Of a DNA stretch of 64,000 nt, positions 38,734 through 48,337 are shown in pieces. The stretch covers positions 2,656,001-2,720,000 of the forward strand of contig OY970309.1 in NCBI GenBank assembly GCA_963716395.1. Reading direction: 5' to 3'. A program made the position numbers and the translations under genes. Each line of letters opens with the position of its first letter. The first letter of the stretch is position 1. Under the pieces are notes generated by a model. It did not search any database. It had not been told where the DNA came from and saw nothing but the letters and a program-made list of their open reading frames with translations. The DNA comes from an uncultured Fibrobacteria bacterium (GTDB taxonomy: Bacteria; Fibrobacterota; Fibrobacteria; UBA11236).

Positions 38734-39477
38734 ATGACCCTTTCGGCCGCCTTTGTGGTGGCGGCACCCTATCTCGGGGTGTTGCTGATCGGCGTTTCCA
38801 AAGCCGGTTTTGCCGCCGGATTGTCCTTGCTGACCACGCCGCTGTTGGCCACGGCCCTGCCCGCGCGCGAGGCCATCGGCCTCATCCTGCCGCTGCTCAT
38901 CGCCTGCGACGCCGTCACCTTGGCCGTATTCTGGGGTAAATGGGATTTTCGTTTGATCCGTTGGCCCCTGTGCGGCTGCGTGGCCGGCATCGCCTTGGGC
39001 ATGCTGTGCGTGAACGCCGTGTCGGATACGGTTTTGAAGCGGTGCATCGGAGCCCTGGGTTTAACCTTGCTGGTGCTGCTGGTGATCCGCAACCGCTGGT
39101 ATCCCACGCATCTCTACCGGCCCCCGCCGTGGCAGGGCGTGGCCGTGGGAATGTTGGCGGGATTCGTGTCGACCCTGGCGCATGCCGCCGGCCCGATCAT
39201 GGCCTTGTTTCTGCTGGCCCATCAAACCGAGAAAACGGTGTTCGTGGCCACCAACGCCATCTTTTTCGCCCTCAACAATCTTTTCAAGTTGCCGCCCTAT
39301 CTGATTTCCGGCCTCATCACACAGCAAACCTTACGCGCCGACTTGCGCTTTCTCCCCTGCATTCCGCTGGGCGTGGGCATCGGGTGGCTGTGCCTGCGGC
39401 TGCTGCCGCAAAAAAAGTTCACGGCGGTGATTTCGGTGTTGCTTCTTGCCACCTCGGTACAATTATTGATCGGCTGA
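38734..39477 (+). CDS. TauE/SafE (TSUP) sulfite exporter family
   Basis: GVSKAGF..G and GFVSTLAHAAGP duplicated membrane halves. Confidence 0.88.
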   Translation: MTLSAAFVVAAPYLGVLLIGVSKAGFAAGLSLLTTPLLATALPAREAIGLILPLLIACDAVTLAVFWGKWDFRLIRWPLCGCVAGIALGMLCVNAVSDTVLKRCIGALGLTLLVLLVIRNRWYPTHLYRPPPWQGVAVGMLAGFVSTLAHAAGPIMALFLLAHQTEKTVFVATNAIFFALNNLFKLPPYLISGLITQQTLRADLRFLPCIPLGVGIGWLCLRLLPQKKFTAVISVLLLATSVQLLIG

Positions 39478-39483
39478 GGCCCG

Positions 39484-39879
39484 TCAAACGGGATGGGGAG
39501 TGGTCCCGCGATTTTTGCGCATGATTAAGAAACCAAGGACGTCGCACAAGAGGTTTTCCGGAACTTTCTCCAGCGTTTCGTATTCGGATTGCACGGTGTA
39601 GGCGCCATCTTCCATCAGACAAATCAGAACCCGGCCACAATAAGTCGCGCCTTGCGCGTAGAATTGAAGTCCGCCTAGAGCCGAGCCTTGAACCAGGCTG
39701 TTTTCGGGATGCAAGCTAAAGTGTCCGGGGTGAACGGGGGGGCCGACTCGGATATTCCATCGTCCCAAACTTTCCGGAGACTGCGAACGGATCGCAGCGA
39801 AAATTTTGGCGGCGATGGCAAAGGGGTCGGAACTTTTGCGGTACGGTTTTCCTGTCGGCATGGCTTGAACTTTAAACAT
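39484..39879 (-). CDS. Hypothetical protein, possibly MGE-derived (start uncertain)
   Basis: Open frame in an AT-richer segment, divergent from the XRE gene. Confidence 0.5.
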   Translation of the reverse strand: MFKVQAMPTGKPYRKSSDPFAIAAKIFAAIRSQSPESLGRWNIRVGPPVHPGHFSLHPENSLVQGSALGGLQFYAQGATYCGRVLICLMEDGAYTVQSEYETLEKVPENLLCDVLGFLIMRKNRGTTPHPV

Positions 39880-40007
39880 TAAAGTGTCTATTTCGCCACT
39901 CTGGTCTGTCAATGCTTCGCTCGATTTTCCCGGCGAAGTGTCCAAGTCGCCACGACCCAATTCCTTGAAAACCCTAGCTTTGGCACGATTTCACCAACGG
40001 GAGCCGT

Positions 40008-40313
40008 TTGGACGTTGTTCAAGTCGTTGCCGATCGCCTTTCCAAGCTGATTACCCAGCGCGGCTATTCCACGGTGGAAAGCTTTGCCTATGAAAACGGC
40101 TTGGATAAAAGCGCTTTGTCCAAAATTTTGAAAGGCCGCCGGCGCCCGCGCTTCGACACCCTGATTCGCATCGCCGAAGCCTTGGGCGTTACGCTGAACG
40201 ATTTGTACCTGGCCGAAAATGCCTCACTGGTGCGCGAAGCTTGGCCCGATTCCCGCTACGGCCGCGGCTCCCAAGCGAAGCCTCCCAAACGCCGCCGCGC
40301 CGGCAAATCCTGA
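40008..40313 (+). CDS. XRE-family HTH regulator
   Basis: FA...GLDKSALSKIL.G.R.P..DTL.RIAEALGV. Confidence 0.85.
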   Translation: MDVVQVVADRLSKLITQRGYSTVESFAYENGLDKSALSKILKGRRRPRFDTLIRIAEALGVTLNDLYLAENASLVREAWPDSRYGRGSQAKPPKRRRAGKS

Positions 40314-40347
40314 TGCCGGCGGCCCCCGCGCCTTGCGGCGCGCGGGA

Positions 40348-41160
40348 TCAAACCTCCGGCGTCGCGCACCGATCCGCCGGATAGTCGTGCAACTCCGTCA
40401 GCGCAGCGTGTGTCCCGCAGGCCGGGCAATCGGGATCGCGGCGGCCGGTCAGTTCGCGGAAACGCATCGACCAGGCGTCGAACACCAACAAACGATCGGT
40501 CAGCAGATCTCCCAGGCCCAAAAGGTATTTGACGGCTTCGGCGGCCTGGAGCGAGCCCAGGATCCCGGGTAACATGCCGAGTACTCCGGCCTCGGCGCAA
40601 TTGGGAACGCTGTCGGGCGGGGGCGGATCGCGGAACAGGCAGCGGTAGCAGCGGCTTTTCCCCGGCAGCACGGTCATGGTCTGGCCTTCGAAGCGCAGCA
40701 TGCCCGCATGCGAAAACGGCTTGCCGAGCAGCACGCAGGCGTCGTTCACCAGGAATTTGGCGGCGAAATTGTCGCAGCCTTCGACGATGAAGTCGTACCC
40801 GGCGAAGATCGGGGCGATAGTGGCCGCAGTCAGGAATTCGGGATGCTCGCGGACGGCGACGTCGGGGTTGAGCGCGTGGATTTTTTCGCGCGCCGACCGG
40901 GTTTTGGGCTTGCCGAGGTCGGGGGTGCCGTGCGCGATTTGGCGCTGCAGGTTCGACAGGTCCACGCTATCACCGTCGGCCACGCCCAGGGTTCCGACCC
41001 CAGCGGCGGCGAGATAGAGCAGGGCGGGCGATCCCAGGCCGCCCGCGCCCACCACCAGCACCTTGGCGTCGCGCAGTTTTCGCTGACCGGCAAAGCCCAC
41101 GCCCCGGAGGGAAAAATGCCGGGCGTAGCGCCGCATCTGCTCCGGGCTGAATTCGGGCAC
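40348..41160 (-). CDS. moeB: MoeB/ThiF-family adenylyltransferase (no rhodanese domain)
   Basis: RYARH, GAGGLGSP, SNLQRQ, CYRC, CAEAGVLG, CPAC. Confidence 0.9.
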   Translation of the reverse strand: MPEFSPEQMRRYARHFSLRGVGFAGQRKLRDAKVLVVGAGGLGSPALLYLAAAGVGTLGVADGDSVDLSNLQRQIAHGTPDLGKPKTRSAREKIHALNPDVAVREHPEFLTAATIAPIFAGYDFIVEGCDNFAAKFLVNDACVLLGKPFSHAGMLRFEGQTMTVLPGKSRCYRCLFRDPPPPDSVPNCAEAGVLGMLPGILGSLQAAEAVKYLLGLGDLLTDRLLVFDAWSMRFRELTGRRDPDCPACGTHAALTELHDYPADRCATPEV

Positions 41161-41165
41161 GGCCG

Positions 41166-42104
41166 CTACTCGCTTTGGAATCCGGGCGTGCTCAAATAGC
41201 GTTCACCCGTGTCACAAATCACAGTCAGCAATGTGGCGCCCCGGAATTCGGGGCGCTTGCCGATCTCGCCCAGGGCGAAGACGTTGGCGCCCGACGAAGG
41301 ACCGGCCAATAGGCCTTCTTCGCGGGCCAGACGGCGGCAGGTCTCCCAGGCCGCGGCGTCGCTGACGCGCAAGACTTCGTCGAAGGCTTCGCGATCCAGC
41401 ACCGCCGGTACGAATCCCGCGCCGATGCCCTGGATGTCGTGCCAGCCGGCCTTGCCGCCGGAAAGCACCGGCGAGCCTTCGGGCTCGACCGCCACTACGC
41501 GCAAGGCGGGTTTGCGCTCTTTCAGCAACCGGCCCACGCCGGTGATGAAGCCGCCGGTGCCCACGCCGGCCACCAGCACGTCGAGTTGGCCGCCCGTGTC
41601 GTCCCAGATTTCTTCGGCCGTGGTGCGGCGATGGGCGCCGGGATTGGCGGGGTTGTCGAATTGCTGCAGCATAAAACAGTCTTTGCGGCTGCGCAGAATC
41701 TCGCGGGCTTTTTCGATGGCGCCGGTCATGCCCAGATGTGCGGGTGTGAGCACCAATTCGGCGCCGTAGGCTTTGAGCAGATTGCGGCGCTCCAGGCTCA
41801 TCGACTCGGGCATGAGCAGCATCGCCTGGTAGCCGCGCACGGCGGCGATCCAGGCGATGGCGATGCCGGTGTTGCCGCTGGTGGGTTCGAGCAGGGTCAT
41901 GCCGGGTTTGAGCCGACCCTGCTTCTCGGCTTCGAGAATCATGTTGAGGGCGATGCGATCCTTGAGCGAACCGCCGGGGTTTTGCGCTTCGAGCTTCACC
42001 AAAAACAGGGAGTGGTGGTGTGGTACCACCTTGTTGAGGCGCAGCAGCGGCGTATGCCCGATGAGGGCGGTGCGGTCGGCGGCATAGCGCAGGGATTTGT
42101 TCAT
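41166..42104 (-). CDS. cysK: Cysteine synthase A
   Basis: NPGGSLKDR, EPTSGNTG, GVGTGG, IQGIGAG, DTGERYLST; ATG 42104. Confidence 0.95.
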   Translation of the reverse strand: MNKSLRYAADRTALIGHTPLLRLNKVVPHHHSLFLVKLEAQNPGGSLKDRIALNMILEAEKQGRLKPGMTLLEPTSGNTGIAIAWIAAVRGYQAMLLMPESMSLERRNLLKAYGAELVLTPAHLGMTGAIEKAREILRSRKDCFMLQQFDNPANPGAHRRTTAEEIWDDTGGQLDVLVAGVGTGGFITGVGRLLKERKPALRVVAVEPEGSPVLSGGKAGWHDIQGIGAGFVPAVLDREAFDEVLRVSDAAAWETCRRLAREEGLLAGPSSGANVFALGEIGKRPEFRGATLLTVICDTGERYLSTPGFQSE

Positions 42105-42832
42105 GGTCCAAAATCGAGATGCAGGCCGCATTCGTTTTTGGGCTCGCCGGCCCAGCGGCCGCTGCGGGCGTCTTCGCCTGCTTCGGGTTTTCGGGTGCAG
42201 GTCGCCGGGCTGCAACCGATGCTGGCATAGCCTTGCGCGGCCAGCGGGTGTTCGGGCACCTCCCAGAGCCGCAGATACAGGTCGACCTCGTTTTGGGGCC
42301 AGTCGGCGAAGGGCGCGAACTTGATGCGTCCGCGCTGCACCTGGGCCAGCGGCGTGTGGCGGCGGTGCACGCTTTGATCGCGGCGCAGGCCGGTGACCCA
42401 CGCGCGCACGTCGGGCAGGGCCAAAAAGCGGCGCTGCGCTTCGACCTTGTTGAGGCCGCAGCAGGCGTCGGTGTCGGTGATACGCACAACCCCGTCTTCC
42501 GCGACGGCGTACCGCCGCCGTTCCGGAGCGTCGGAGGCTACGGTGTGGACGCGCAGGCCGTAAGCCCGCGTCAAAGCATCGCGATAACCCAATGTCTCGG
42601 GAAAGTGGAAACCGGTATCGATGAAGAAGATCCGAATCGGAATTTCGAGGCGGTGCAGATGATGCAGCAGCAATCCCGCATCGTGGCCGAAAGACGTGGT
42701 GGCGATCAGGCCCGCGCCGAAATCGGCGCAGAGGCGCCGGAGGCGGTCGTCGGTGGAAAGCGGTTCCAGTTCCCGGTTCAGGGCGTCGGCCTGGACTTGC
42801 AATTCCAACGGGTTCGCGCTTTCTGAGATCAT
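42101..42832 (-). CDS. cysH: APS/PAPS reductase (4Fe-4S cysteines present)
   Basis: DTGFHFPET, CC pair, SIGC...C, RSGRW, ECGLH. Confidence 0.92.
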   Translation of the reverse strand: MISESANPLELQVQADALNRELEPLSTDDRLRRLCADFGAGLIATTSFGHDAGLLLHHLHRLEIPIRIFFIDTGFHFPETLGYRDALTRAYGLRVHTVASDAPERRRYAVAEDGVVRITDTDACCGLNKVEAQRRFLALPDVRAWVTGLRRDQSVHRRHTPLAQVQRGRIKFAPFADWPQNEVDLYLRLWEVPEHPLAAQGYASIGCSPATCTRKPEAGEDARSGRWAGEPKNECGLHLDFGP

Positions 42833-42838
42833 GGCAGC

Positions 42839-43279
42839 CTACAGGTAGAACATGGGCGCGGGCTCCAATTGCCGCTGCGCCTTTTCGGCGATTTGGGCCA
42901 CGGTGATGGCGGATAATTTTTTGGATACGCTCTCGCGTTGCTCGATGAAAATGGTTTGCAAGAGAGAATTCACCACCTGGCTGCCGCCTTCGATGTCGGC
43001 GCAGGGCAGAATTTCGCCTTCGGTGGCCTTGATTACCAGCGCCAAGTCAATGGATTCGGGCGCGGCCGCCAACTGATAGCCGCCGGTTTTTCCGCGCGTG
43101 CCTTTGACCAGGCCGACGCTTTTCATGAGAATCGCGATCTGCTCCAGGAACTTGAAAGGAATGTCGTATTCCTTGGCGATGGCGCGCAAATGCACGGGCT
43201 TTTGCGGAGCCTTTTTGGCCTTGATCGCCAAGGCGCAGAGAAAGTGCAGGGTATACATGGTTTTCGAGGTGACTTTCAC
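42839..43279 (-). CDS. Rrf2-family regulator (CymR-like)
   Basis: IP.KFLEQI...GLV...RG..GGY.LA; lacks the IscR three-Cys motif; heads the cys operon. Confidence 0.88.
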   Translation of the reverse strand: MKVTSKTMYTLHFLCALAIKAKKAPQKPVHLRAIAKEYDIPFKFLEQIAILMKSVGLVKGTRGKTGGYQLAAAPESIDLALVIKATEGEILPCADIEGGSQVVNSLLQTIFIEQRESVSKKLSAITVAQIAEKAQRQLEPAPMFYL

Positions 43280-43292
43280 AAAAACAATTTAA

Positions 43293-43309
43293 CATATCAA
43301 ACTGATATG
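43293..43309. promoter_or_regulatory. Perfect inverted repeat, candidate Rrf2 operator
   Basis: CATATCA-AAC-TGATATG, 13 bp upstream of the rrf2 GTG. Confidence 0.6.
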
Positions 43310-43403
43310 GACAATATGGTATTCAAACGTTTCCCTCTGGAGGGAGCGAGCGCCCTGCAGCCTCGCCCGCAAGCGAACCCGGCGACTATTTTTGCCATTC
43401 TGC

Positions 43404-45176
43404 ATGGCAAACTCCATTATTCGGCCTTTGAACCCGCTTACGATTCAGAAAATCGCCGCAGGGGAAGTGATTGAACGCCCGGCCAATGTGGTCAAAGAGC
43501 TGGTCGAAAACGCACTCGACGCCGAAGCCACCAAAATTTCCGTAACCCTCGAAGACGGCGGCAAAGAAGGGGTGCGGGTAGCCGACAACGGCTTCGGCAT
43601 GACGCACGAAGACGCGCGGCATTGCTGGTTGCCGCATACCACCAGCAAAATCCGGGCGCTGGAAGACTTGGAGTCGGTGGCGAGTTTCGGCTTTCGCGGC
43701 GAAGCCTTGGCCAGCATGGCTTCGGTCGCCGAGTTGACCCTCGAAACCCGGCATTGGGAAGAAGAAATGGGCCTCCGGTTGCGGATCGACGAATCCAAGC
43801 TCGAAGACGAGGAGGAGATCGCCCGCAGCCAGGGAACCACGATTACTCTTCGTCACATCTTTCGCTACAACCCCGTGCGGCGCAAATTCCTGGGCAGCGC
43901 CAAAGCCGAAGGCGGCCGCATCGCAACCTTGCTCACGCGCCTGGCGCTGGCCCACCCCCATGCCTCCTTTCGTCTCAGCGAAGGCGCGCGCGAAATCCTG
44001 CATTTGCCCGAAGGCACTCTGCGGCGGCGCGTGGGCGACGTGGTGGGCGCCCATGTGCTCGAAGATTTGATCGAGGTCGACTGGGAAAGCGGCGGCATCC
44101 ACGTGCAGGGCTACATCTCGGAGCCGCAGCGCTTCGCCGGCCGGGCGCACCAACAGCATTTTTTCGTGAACCGGCGTTTGGTGCACAGCGGCTTGCTGGC
44201 GCGCGCCCTGGCCCAGGCCTACGGCCCGTCGCCTCCCGGGCGCCATCCGGTGGCGGCCCTGTTTCTCTCGCTGCCGCCGGCCGCGGTCGACGTAAACGTG
44301 CATCCGAGCAAACGCGAGATCCGCTTTCTGCAAGAGGGCAAGGTGTTCTGGGCCTTGTCCCAGGCCCTGCAACGCGCCTTGCGCCGTGTAGTCGACGCGC
44401 CGGAATTGGATCTCTCGACCCCGCCCGCCGCGATTCCGCCGGAGGCCGAAACCGCGCCCGCCGGGGGCGGGGCCACGTTCGCCTGGACTCCGCCCACGGC
44501 CTCCGTTCGCCCCGCCGATAACCGGGAAGATACCGTTCCGGCGGAGTTTCCCCTGCCCATGCCGCCGGTTCCGCCGCCGGAATCGGCCGGCGCCCCCTGT
44601 CTGCAAATCCACCGCAGCTTCATTCTGGTGGCGGTGCAAAGCGGCTATCTGCTGGTGAACCAGCAGGCGGCCCACCGCCGCATCCTGTACGAAAAAGCCC
44701 TGGACGATTTGCGCCGACCCGGGCGCTTCAGCGCGCAGCAACTGCTCTTTCCCGAACTGATCGAATTGTCGGCCGTGGAAACCCGCGAGGTCGAAGAGCA
44801 TTTGCCGGCGCTGCGCGCCTTGGGATTCGACCTGGAACCTTTCGGCGCCACGGCCTATCAACTGCGCGGCCTGCCGGGAGAATTGGCCGCCGAAAAGGCT
44901 GCGCCCATTCTGCGCGCCTTGATCGCGGATTTGTCCGCAGCCCCGCGCGGCCCTACGGCGGCCGAAGCCTTGCCCGATCGCCTGGCCCAAGCCTACGCCC
45001 GCGCCGCCGCCATTCCCCTGGGTGAGGTCCTGGACGCGGCGCGCATGGCGGCGCTGATCGACGGTTTGTTCGCCACGCGCATGCCGCATTCCGCGCCCGA
45101 CGGATCCCCGGTGTGGATTCGCCACACCCTTGAAGACATCCGCCGGCGCTTCGGACTTAAAAGCGATCCGACCTAA
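43404..45176 (+). CDS. mutL: DNA mismatch repair endonuclease MutL
   Basis: IAAGEVIERP..VVKELVENALDA, GFRGEAL, DVNVHP.K. Confidence 0.96.
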   Translation: MANSIIRPLNPLTIQKIAAGEVIERPANVVKELVENALDAEATKISVTLEDGGKEGVRVADNGFGMTHEDARHCWLPHTTSKIRALEDLESVASFGFRGEALASMASVAELTLETRHWEEEMGLRLRIDESKLEDEEEIARSQGTTITLRHIFRYNPVRRKFLGSAKAEGGRIATLLTRLALAHPHASFRLSEGAREILHLPEGTLRRRVGDVVGAHVLEDLIEVDWESGGIHVQGYISEPQRFAGRAHQQHFFVNRRLVHSGLLARALAQAYGPSPPGRHPVAALFLSLPPAAVDVNVHPSKREIRFLQEGKVFWALSQALQRALRRVVDAPELDLSTPPAAIPPEAETAPAGGGATFAWTPPTASVRPADNREDTVPAEFPLPMPPVPPPESAGAPCLQIHRSFILVAVQSGYLLVNQQAAHRRILYEKALDDLRRPGRFSAQQLLFPELIELSAVETREVEEHLPALRALGFDLEPFGATAYQLRGLPGELAAEKAAPILRALIADLSAAPRGPTAAEALPDRLAQAYARAAAIPLGEVLDAARMAALIDGLFATRMPHSAPDGSPVWIRHTLEDIRRRFGLKSDPT

Positions 45177-45277
45177 AGCGCGCGAACTTCAAATTCGGCG
45201 GCAAGTTTTCCGTTGTTTCCCGGGCGGGGAAGCCGCGGCGCTCTTCAGCCGCCGGCCTTCGCTGCCGATAGGGGAAT

Positions 45278-45919
45278 ATGCGTTGGCATTTCCGCGTGAT
45301 GCTTTGCGCCGGTCTGGCGGCCCCGGTTTTCGCGGCGCGCACCCCGGTGGTTTTTTTCGGGATGCCCGCAGGACAAGATCCATTGTTCGCGTCGTATTTC
45401 GAACAAAAGGTGTATTGGGCCTTGTCCACCGACTCGTCCTTGACTCCGGTATCGCCGCAGTTGTGGCGCCCGTGGCGGGGCGATTTGCCGGCCTCACCGG
45501 CGGAGTGGCGCGTGGATCAATACCGCCGTCTGGCGCAGCGCGCCGGCGCCCGCTACTTTGCGCTGGCTTTTCGCGAGCCCTTTGCCTACGCCACCAAACG
45601 CGTGTGGTGGAAACCCTGGAATCTCAGCGTGCGCACTTTTTTTCCGCTGCGCTTGCAGGTCTACGCCGTGAATGCCGACTCGGCCTTGTTCGACGGAACC
45701 GTGGCCTACCAGGACTCGCTGCGCCAGATGCTGCCCTATCACACCGTCGCGGCCGATGATCCGGTTCCCTATGACGCCTGGCAGCGCACTTTATACGCGG
45801 GTTTGGTGGGGCCCACGGTGGCGGGTTTGCGCGCGGCCATCGCCGGAAATCCGCCGCCTTCGGCGGTGTTCGATCCCGATCCTGCGGCGACGGCAAAGAA
45901 AGCGAAGAAAGCAAAATAG
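45278..45919 (+). CDS. Hypothetical secreted protein
   Basis: Signal peptide, RBS GGGGA, host-like codon usage. Confidence 0.6.
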   Translation: MRWHFRVMLCAGLAAPVFAARTPVVFFGMPAGQDPLFASYFEQKVYWALSTDSSLTPVSPQLWRPWRGDLPASPAEWRVDQYRRLAQRAGARYFALAFREPFAYATKRVWWKPWNLSVRTFFPLRLQVYAVNADSALFDGTVAYQDSLRQMLPYHTVAADDPVPYDAWQRTLYAGLVGPTVAGLRAAIAGNPPPSAVFDPDPAATAKKAKKAK

Positions 45920-45962
45920 TTGCGCGCGAGGAGTTGCGCGAAGAGTTGCGAGCGAAGTGCGG

Positions 45963-46682
45963 TCAATCCGCTTCGCGCCACACCAGCAGGCTGCCGCAGC
46001 TTTCGCAGGTGAGCAGGGAAGTTTTCTTGCCGATCTCGATGATGCGCTGGGGCGTCTGGGTGCGGCTGCACACGTCGCAAAAGCGATGCGAGTGGTTGAC
46101 GGCAGCGATGACATTGGGTGTGCCGCGGCGTTGAACCACCCGATCGTACATGGCCAGCACCTTCTTGCCGATCTTGGATCGCGGTTCATCGCAGAGCTTC
46201 GCCTGCTCGGCGATGCGGTCTTCGATGCCGTTAAGCTCTTCGATTAGCCGGTTCAATTCCGGCTCATTGGCCTCAAGTACGTTGCGGCATTCGGTTTCGG
46301 CCTCGGCGCTTTCCTTTTGCAGATTCTCCAGCATCTGTTGAAAATGCAGAATGTTGGCCTGAGCCGAATCGACGTTCTTCTTGTGCGTCGAGATTTCCAA
46401 ATGCACCGCGTCGTATTCGCGGTTGGTGGTGATGTTGTTGAGCCGCTGGTTGCTTTCTTGCAAGGCGTCGGTTTCCGCAGCGATGGCGTCTTGGTTCTCG
46501 GCGACTTTGGCTTGGGTATCCCGAATCGCATTCTGAATGCGTTCCAGGTTGGCCTTCTCGCGGTCGATGGTCTCCCGCAGGGTTTGCACCCGCAGCGGCA
46601 AATCTTTTTTGGTCTGCTTGAGCTCGTAAACTTTTTTGTCCACGGCGGACAGTTGAAGCAGGTATTGGATATCCTCTTGCAT
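45963..46682 (-). CDS. Coiled-coil C4 zinc-ribbon protein (DUF164/CT398-like)
   Basis: LLQLSAVD, NREYDA, CDVC...CESCG.LL. Confidence 0.9.
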   Translation of the reverse strand: MQEDIQYLLQLSAVDKKVYELKQTKKDLPLRVQTLRETIDREKANLERIQNAIRDTQAKVAENQDAIAAETDALQESNQRLNNITTNREYDAVHLEISTHKKNVDSAQANILHFQQMLENLQKESAEAETECRNVLEANEPELNRLIEELNGIEDRIAEQAKLCDEPRSKIGKKVLAMYDRVVQRRGTPNVIAAVNHSHRFCDVCSRTQTPQRIIEIGKKTSLLTCESCGSLLVWREAD

Positions 46683-46831
46683 GGTGGCATCCGGGGTTTG
46701 GCAGCCAGAAATCCGATTTTGTCCGGCCCATTGCGGGTCGGACGCCGTCGGCATTTACAGCGCTATGGAAATTCTTTCCCGCCTTGGGCGGCAGGAATCG
46801 CAAACTAAAGTAGCTAGAGAAGGCGGCGAGT

Positions 46832-47413
46832 TCAACGCGACGGCAAATCAGCCTTGCGGTTGAAGCGGCTGCCGGCGTAATCCCATCCCCGCGCGAATCC
46901 CGTGGCGACCACCTCGGAAAAGTCGGCGAACACCGGTTGCAGGGCTTCGCGCTCGGTCGCGCCGATCTTTCCCAACACGAAGTCGGCCAAATCCCGGCCG
47001 GCCGGGCACGGGCCCACCCCGACGCGGATGCGGGGGAAATCTTCGCCCACGCGATGAATAATATCGCGCAAGCCGTTGTGGCCTCCATGTCCGCCTTGTG
47101 CGCGCAAACGCAGCGAGCCGGCGGGCAAGGTCACGTCGTCGGCCACCACCGCCATTTCCGCCGGCGCGATTTTATAAAACGCGAGCAGGGCTTGCACCGC
47201 CTCGCCGCTCAGGTTCATAAAAGTTTGCGGCTTGGCGATCCACAGCGGCGATCCGTCGAGGCTCGTTTTCACGATCAGGCTTTTGCCCCGGGTTTTCCAA
47301 TCTTCGGAAACACCGGCGTTGCGGACGTAGGCGTCGATCAGGGCGAACCCGATGTTGTGCCGCGTGTCGTCGTATTTCGGGCCCGGATTCCCCAGGCCCA
47401 CCAGTAAGGGCAT
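46832..47413 (-). CDS. pth: Peptidyl-tRNA hydrolase
   Basis: GLGNPG..Y..TRHNIGF, KPQTFMNLSG, GGHNG. Confidence 0.97.
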   Translation of the reverse strand: MPLLVGLGNPGPKYDDTRHNIGFALIDAYVRNAGVSEDWKTRGKSLIVKTSLDGSPLWIAKPQTFMNLSGEAVQALLAFYKIAPAEMAVVADDVTLPAGSLRLRAQGGHGGHNGLRDIIHRVGEDFPRIRVGVGPCPAGRDLADFVLGKIGATEREALQPVFADFSEVVATGFARGWDYAGSRFNRKADLPSR

Positions 47414-47418
47414 CGGAG

Positions 47419-48120
47419 CTATTTCGAAGATTTGCTCTTCGCGTCGCCCTTGCCGCCTTTGCCGGCCGCAGGAGCGGTGGGTGCGGCAGCTCCCGCTGCA
47501 GGCGCGGCGGCACCGGCAGGTGCGGCGGCTCCCGCTGCAGCTGCGGCGGCTGCGGTCGGAGCGACTTCTTCTTCTTTGCGCCCCGTGCTGACGCCGAATA
47601 AAGCCGTGCGTCCCGGAGTGACAAAGCTGCCTTTTTCGAATTTGAGATCGCGCACGTAAAAGGTTTGTCCGTTTTCCAGCCCGGAGATGTCGATGGTGAA
47701 ATTTTCCGGGATGTCCGCCACCTTGGCTTTGAGCTTCACGTTTTTCCGCGCGATCACCAGCACGCCGTTTTGAAGTTTCACACCCACCGGAATGCCTTGC
47801 GTTATGACCGGAACCAAGACCGTGACCGGATGCGCTTCGTCGACGCGCAGGAAATCGATGTGCAGCACATCGCGGCGGATGGGATCGCGTTCCACCTGCT
47901 TGACCATGGCTTTCAGCGGTTTGCCGTCGAATTGCAATTCGACCACGTGATTGCGCTTGGGAAGAATCAGCCGTAAATCGGCGGCTTTGACGGTCAGCAT
48001 TTCCGGCGCCGACTTCAGGCCGTACACGACGCCGGGCACCCGGCCTTCGCGGCGAAGGGCCGCCAATTGTCCTTTGGTTCCATGCGTGCGCCTGTCGGCG
48101 GAGAGCGTCAACTGTTCCAT
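47419..48120 (-). CDS. rplY: 50S ribosomal protein L25/Ctc
   Basis: LRREGRVPGVVYG, HIDF, Ala-rich tail; ATG 48120 after a GAGG RBS. Confidence 0.95.
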   Translation of the reverse strand: MEQLTLSADRRTHGTKGQLAALRREGRVPGVVYGLKSAPEMLTVKAADLRLILPKRNHVVELQFDGKPLKAMVKQVERDPIRRDVLHIDFLRVDEAHPVTVLVPVITQGIPVGVKLQNGVLVIARKNVKLKAKVADIPENFTIDISGLENGQTFYVRDLKFEKGSFVTPGRTALFGVSTGRKEEEVAPTAAAAAAAGAAAPAGAAAPAAGAAAPTAPAAGKGGKGDAKSKSSK

Positions 48121-48337
48121 GTCATTACCTCGTCGTGCGGTACGCATGCCGGCGCATGCCTTCCCGCGGGTGGGTATTTTCGGCGGCCACGCCGGTTTAT
48201 CCGGGCCGCCGGTTACAAAATCCCGGGCCATTTCGAAAATTCCCGGGGGCGCCAAAATTAAAAAATGTTTCGGCGTCTATGAACCGGATCAACCTGAGTG
48301 GCGGCCCCATGTCCGATTCGGGGATATATTGAGTAGG

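Noticed and set aside
46784-46800. TTGGGCGGCAGGAATCG resembles the tRNA-Gln 3' end (possible att duplication)
   Set aside because: Only 11 bp match exactly in GC-rich DNA. The implied island would contain housekeeping rplY and pth, and no integrase is present.
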